Shown here: piece by piece, positions 60,194-64,000 of the stretch
Numbering within the stretch: the first letter of the stretch is position 1
Layout of the letters: each line of letters opens with the position of its first letter
Source of the DNA: Bacteroidetes bacterium 37-13
Lineage (GTDB): Bacteria > Bacteroidota > Bacteroidia > Chitinophagales > LD1
Assembly (NCBI GenBank): GCA_001897535.1
Contig: MKTC01000028.1
Location: 10,409 to 74,408, forward strand
Reading direction: 5' to 3'
Length of the DNA: 64,000 nt
Program-made: the position numbers and the translations under genes
Notes under the pieces: model-generated
Databases searched by the model: none
What the model saw: the letters and a program-made list of their open reading frames with translations, nothing else
Told to the model about the DNA's origin: nothing

Positions 60194-62644
60194 TTACTTG
60201 CTTTTAGTTTTAGGCGTTTCTTCACCTACACTATTTTTTTGCCATTCGCGATAGTTGAATCCAACTGCGGCAAGCAAAAATAATAGCAAAAGTGCTGAAC
60301 CCGCATAAGCAATTTTGTTGCCTACAATATATGCTTTAGGTTCTATTTTAAACTCAACAGTATGTTTGCCCGCAGGCAATTCCAAGCCACGCAAAACATA
60401 ATTTACTCTTGCATATTTGGTAAGTTTTCCGTCCACATAGCAATCCCAATCGGGATAAAATATTTCAGAAAAAACAGCAAAGTTTTTATCTGCTCCATTG
60501 TAATCGTAAGTAATTTTATTGGGAGAAAACGAAGTTTGCACAATGCTGCTTCCTTCGTTATTGTAAGTTTCGGCAGTGCTAAAAGATTTAAAACGCTCAT
60601 CTAACAAAGCAGTTTCTTTTGGCGAAAAATCTGCTGCTCCCAAAGCTGCAATTTCTTCATCTGCATTTTTTTCGTGACGAATATTTTTTACTAACCAAGC
60701 ATTACCCAAAGCACCATTATTTGCTTGTGCTTGTGGTTGTCCATCAGCACCTTTTTGAATAATATATTTTGTGTTCAGCATATTTATTACCTGTGGTGTT
60801 CCTTTGGAAATATGCTCTTCAATTAAATCTTGGTAACGTATAAGTTTTGCTGCGTGATAACCGCCAATATGCTTGTGATAATACGAAGTGATAGCATCAT
60901 TAAATGGGTCGCGTGTTAAATTGTAAACTCTAAAATTCACATCAGTATCGCGCAAAATATCCATGTCTGCTTTAGTCATGGCGAAAGCGTTTTGGTAGTC
61001 GCTTTTTTCAATAAAATTTTCATCGTTTAAGTAGCGCTTGCCAACACTCCAGCCATCTACCAGCATCAACAATCCTAAGCCGCCAATCAATAATTGTTTT
61101 GATACTTTATTTTGAATATAAAACCAGAGCAAGCCAAATGCTGCTGCTACAAAAAACAATACTCTAAAACCATCGCTACGCAACATATCTGCGCGGTCTT
61201 GTTTTAATGCATCGGTTAAAAAATTCAGTCCTTGTTCATTCATTTGCTTATCACTTTCGGCAGAAAAGTTGAAAAACATACTTCCAAAAACACCAAACAA
61301 AAGCGCTATTCCTCCGGTAATTCCGGCAGCTATCAGTAGCTTTTTCTTTGTTTTCTCTACATCAATTTTCGATTTTAAAAACTCGTTTAAACCCAATAAT
61401 GCAAAAAGCGGGAAAACCAATTGTGCTATCACCAAAGCCATAGATGGTGTTCTAAATTTATTGAAAAACGGCAATGAATTAAATGCTATTTTAAAGAATG
61501 GTGTATTGTGCCCAAAAGCCAATAAAAACGAAATTACACTTACTGCAACCACCCACCATTTCAATTTATCTTGTGCTGCAAGCAAAGCAAAAACAAACAA
61601 GAAAACAATTACCGCGCCAAAATAAACAGGGCCGGAAGTAAACGGCTGATTTCCCCAATAAGTTGGAGCTTGCTGTGTATAAGAAAGCGGATAACCTTTT
61701 TGCTGTAAAGTTTTGCCAAATGCAGATTCTTCGCCAATGTTTGTACCACTTCCGCCACCTTTTATATTTGGTAAAAGCACACTTAAAAATTCCAAATCTC
61801 CGGCACCGTAGCTCCAGCGCGAAGCGTAATCAAAATCTAATCCGCCATCGCTGTTGCTCACTTTTCTACTCAACTCACTGCTGCCTCCGCGAATAGTTTC
61901 TTTACCGTAATCTTTGGTCATCCACAAATTGGCAACATTGGGAATTACTGCCAAAACAGCAGCAAAAATCAATACCGCACTTGCCTTGCTGAAATGTACC
62001 AGTTTTTTCGCAAGATAAGCTTCAACCAATTCGTATAAACCCAAGAATACCACACAAATAATTAAGTAATAAGTTACTTGCAGGTGATTTGCTGCAATGG
62101 CAAGCGAAAGTGATAAAGCAACGAGTGCAGCACCGGCCAAAATATTCTTCCGATACGCCAAAAGCACACCTCCCAAAACCGGAGCCATCAGCGCCATTGC
62201 CTGCACTTTGGTATTGTGTCCGGCTTCAATAGAAATTAAAGTGAAAGATGACAACCCAAAGGCAACTGCGCCAATTACCGAAAGCCATTGATTTACACCC
62301 AAGCAAAGCATTAAAACATAAAACCCAATAAAATGAAGAAACATCAAGGCGCTCACATCAGGAAAAATACTATTGATAGAAGACAAAAATTTTGAAGCAT
62401 AATTTCCCGGATATACCAACGAAATTTGCGCACTCGGCATTCCGGAAAAAAGGCGGCTTGTCCAAAGTGCAGGGTCATCTGGATGCAGTGCATTCCAATC
62501 GCGAATTTCTTTGCTCATGGCTTCCCATTGCACTATATCGCCTTGCCTTAAAACCTTGCCTTGAAAATCGGGCAAAAAGTAAAAAATTGTAAGTGCTGCA
62601 AAAATACCTAAGGCAGCAATGTGTGGAATAAATTTCTTAATCAT
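60194..62644 (-). CDS. YfhO family membrane protein (GT-C fold)
   Basis: LWT..LFSGMP, NHLQVTYY, YWGNQPFTSGPVYFG, GGYHAAKL.RYQ, FSEIFYP.W, NYVLRG. Confidence 0.88.
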   Translation of the reverse strand: MIKKFIPHIAALGIFAALTIFYFLPDFQGKVLRQGDIVQWEAMSKEIRDWNALHPDDPALWTSRLFSGMPSAQISLVYPGNYASKFLSSINSIFPDVSALMFLHFIGFYVLMLCLGVNQWLSVIGAVAFGLSSFTLISIEAGHNTKVQAMALMAPVLGGVLLAYRKNILAGAALVALSLSLAIAANHLQVTYYLIICVVFLGLYELVEAYLAKKLVHFSKASAVLIFAAVLAVIPNVANLWMTKDYGKETIRGGSSELSRKVSNSDGGLDFDYASRWSYGAGDLEFLSVLLPNIKGGGSGTNIGEESAFGKTLQQKGYPLSYTQQAPTYWGNQPFTSGPVYFGAVIVFLFVFALLAAQDKLKWWVVAVSVISFLLAFGHNTPFFKIAFNSLPFFNKFRTPSMALVIAQLVFPLFALLGLNEFLKSKIDVEKTKKKLLIAAGITGGIALLFGVFGSMFFNFSAESDKQMNEQGLNFLTDALKQDRADMLRSDGFRVLFFVAAAFGLLWFYIQNKVSKQLLIGGLGLLMLVDGWSVGKRYLNDENFIEKSDYQNAFAMTKADMDILRDTDVNFRVYNLTRDPFNDAITSYYHKHIGGYHAAKLIRYQDLIEEHISKGTPQVINMLNTKYIIQKGADGQPQAQANNGALGNAWLVKNIRHEKNADEEIAALGAADFSPKETALLDERFKSFSTAETYNNEGSSIVQTSFSPNKITYDYNGADKNFAVFSEIFYPDWDCYVDGKLTKYARVNYVLRGLELPAGKHTVEFKIEPKAYIVGNKIAYAGSALLLLFLLAAVGFNYREWQKNSVGEETPKTKSK

Positions 62645-62836
62645 AAAATTTAGTTGCGGCTAAAATAGAATATCTGTTGAAGTAGCTAAGGAATGACCTT
62701 ATTTTTTGCATATTAGAAATTTTGTGAACCCGATTTTGTGCTTTTTGAGTACACTTGCAACACGAAGCAATTAAATATTGTATAATTTCCACACTGTTTT
62801 TTTCTTCTTTTAATTGAAAATATAAATAATAATAAC

Positions 62837-63340
62837 ATGCAAGCAGCACCAAACACTGTATTAAAAATTACCTACCAATTACGCACCGAACCAAACGGAC
62901 CAATAGTAGATGAAGCCACAAATGACGCACCTTTTTCTTTCCTTTTCGGAAGTGGAAACGTGCTACCTAAATTTGAAGAAAACCTTAATGGAAAAGTAGC
63001 CGGAAACCAATTTAATTTCATACTTTCTCCTAAAGACGGATATGGCGAATACGAAGAAGATGGCGTAGTGCAACTTGGAAAAGAAGCCTTTATGTGGGAA
63101 GGAAAAATTCAAGAAGACTTATTGGTTTTAAACAATATAGTGCCATTGCAAGATAACGAAGGCAATACTTTGCAAGGAAGAATTGTAGATATTCAAGAAA
63201 AAGAAGTGGTGTTAGATTTAAACCATCCTTTGGCTGGCGAAGAATTGCATTTTAGCGGCCAAGTTTTGGAAGTTCGCGAAGCACATCCAACCGAAATTGA
63301 ACACGGACACGTTCACGAAGGCGGTCATCATCATCATTAA
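62837..63340 (+). CDS. slyD: SlyD-like FKBP peptidyl-prolyl isomerase
   Basis: GYGEY, DLNHPLAG, C-terminal HGHVHEGGHHHH. Confidence 0.92.
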   Translation: MQAAPNTVLKITYQLRTEPNGPIVDEATNDAPFSFLFGSGNVLPKFEENLNGKVAGNQFNFILSPKDGYGEYEEDGVVQLGKEAFMWEGKIQEDLLVLNNIVPLQDNEGNTLQGRIVDIQEKEVVLDLNHPLAGEELHFSGQVLEVREAHPTEIEHGHVHEGGHHHH

Positions 63341-63349
63341 AATTAAACC

Positions 63350-63381
63350 AAGATTGCTTCTTGAATGAAGCCGTTTTTTTT
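63350..63381 (+). terminator. Probable terminator after slyD
   Basis: GCTTC-TTGAAT-GAAGC stem followed by a T-run. Confidence 0.45.
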
Positions 63382-63435
63382 GGTGCTTTTATTTGTAAGG
63401 AAGGGTTGTGCAACGGTTACCCGTGTTAGCGGTAG

Positions 63436-64000
63436 TTATTTTTGTTTTAAATATATGTGTTTAATATTCTTCACCCCACTATCTCTCTCGTCAATGTCAA
63501 ATTTTTTGATGTCTTTTATTAATGGAAGTAATTTGGTAAATCCATAATTTCTTGGGTCAAAGTCTGGTTTATTTTTAAGAATGTAGTTTCCTAAACTACC
63601 CAAAAATGTCCAGCCTGTTTCGTCAGCCAAATCATTCACACTTTCTGTTATTATTCTAATTGTTTCACTATCTACTTTACTGATAGGTTCTTCCTTCTTC
63701 GCCTTGGCAATTGGTTTTGCTGTAGCTTTTGTTTCAGCGACCACTGTTTTAAGAATTTCCAAATAAATAAATTTATCACAAGCAGAAATAAATGGCTGTG
63801 GCGTTTTCTTCTCACCAAAGCCTATAACTGTCATTCCAGCCTCTCGTAGTCTTGTCGCTAATCTCGTAAAATCACTGTCGCTGGAAACAATACAAAAGCC
63901 ATTTACTTTTCCTGAATACAAAATGTCCATAGCGTCAATTATTAATGCACTGTCGCTAGAATTTTTACCAGAAGTATAACTATATTGTTGAATTGGTGTG
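63436..64000 (-). CDS. NYN (LabA/DUF88) domain protein with OST-HTH/LOTUS domain, 5' end beyond right edge
   Basis: TPIQQYSYTSGKNSSDSALIIDAMD, VSSDSDFTRLA.RLREAG, PDFDPRNYGF.KL. Confidence 0.92.
   Translation of the reverse strand, partial: TPIQQYSYTSGKNSSDSALIIDAMDILYSGKVNGFCIVSSDSDFTRLATRLREAGMTVIGFGEKKTPQPFISACDKFIYLEILKTVVAETKATAKPIAKAKKEEPISKVDSETIRIITESVNDLADETGWTFLGSLGNYILKNKPDFDPRNYGFTKLLPLIKDIKKFDIDERDSGVKNIKHIYLKQK

Noticed and set aside
63436-64000. NYN-LOTUS gene as part of a defence system
   Set aside because: Common stand-alone family, and its upstream context is outside the window.

Overview
AT-rich Bacteroidota chromosome segment, probably Chitinophagales/Saprospirales-like. 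This is inferred from the T9SS genes, the ccoNO fusion, the fused E1 alpha/beta, the stand-alone atpDC and TAnnTT(T/C/A)GC -7 promoter boxes. Most of it is housekeeping: lon (partial), polA, cbb3 oxidase cluster, purH, atpDC, GGGPS/PcrB, 2-oxoacid dehydrogenase E1, fabG, mreCD, floA, trmB, slyD, several envelope glycosylation genes and a PorV2/PorU2-like T9SS pair. Two small mobile-element loci stand out. At 28483-28780 a REP-associated tyrosine transposase (RAYT) has collapsed to a ~300 bp element between its inverted REP-like palindromes and truncates a T9SS cargo gene. At 45791-46645 an intact RAYT sits between a different pair of REP-like palindromes. Both loci carry the same 76-bp IS982-family transposase 3' end and terminal repeat (75/76 identical). 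Other oddities are a stand-alone catalytic half of IcmF with its own promoter box, a JmjC-LuxE-HTTM-like operon, a divergent DprE1-like/GT2 pair, SSRs in a secreted beta-propeller gene, and several apparently leaderless genes. No rRNA, tRNA or CRISPR array was seen. All calls come from reading motifs by eye; no database searches were run.
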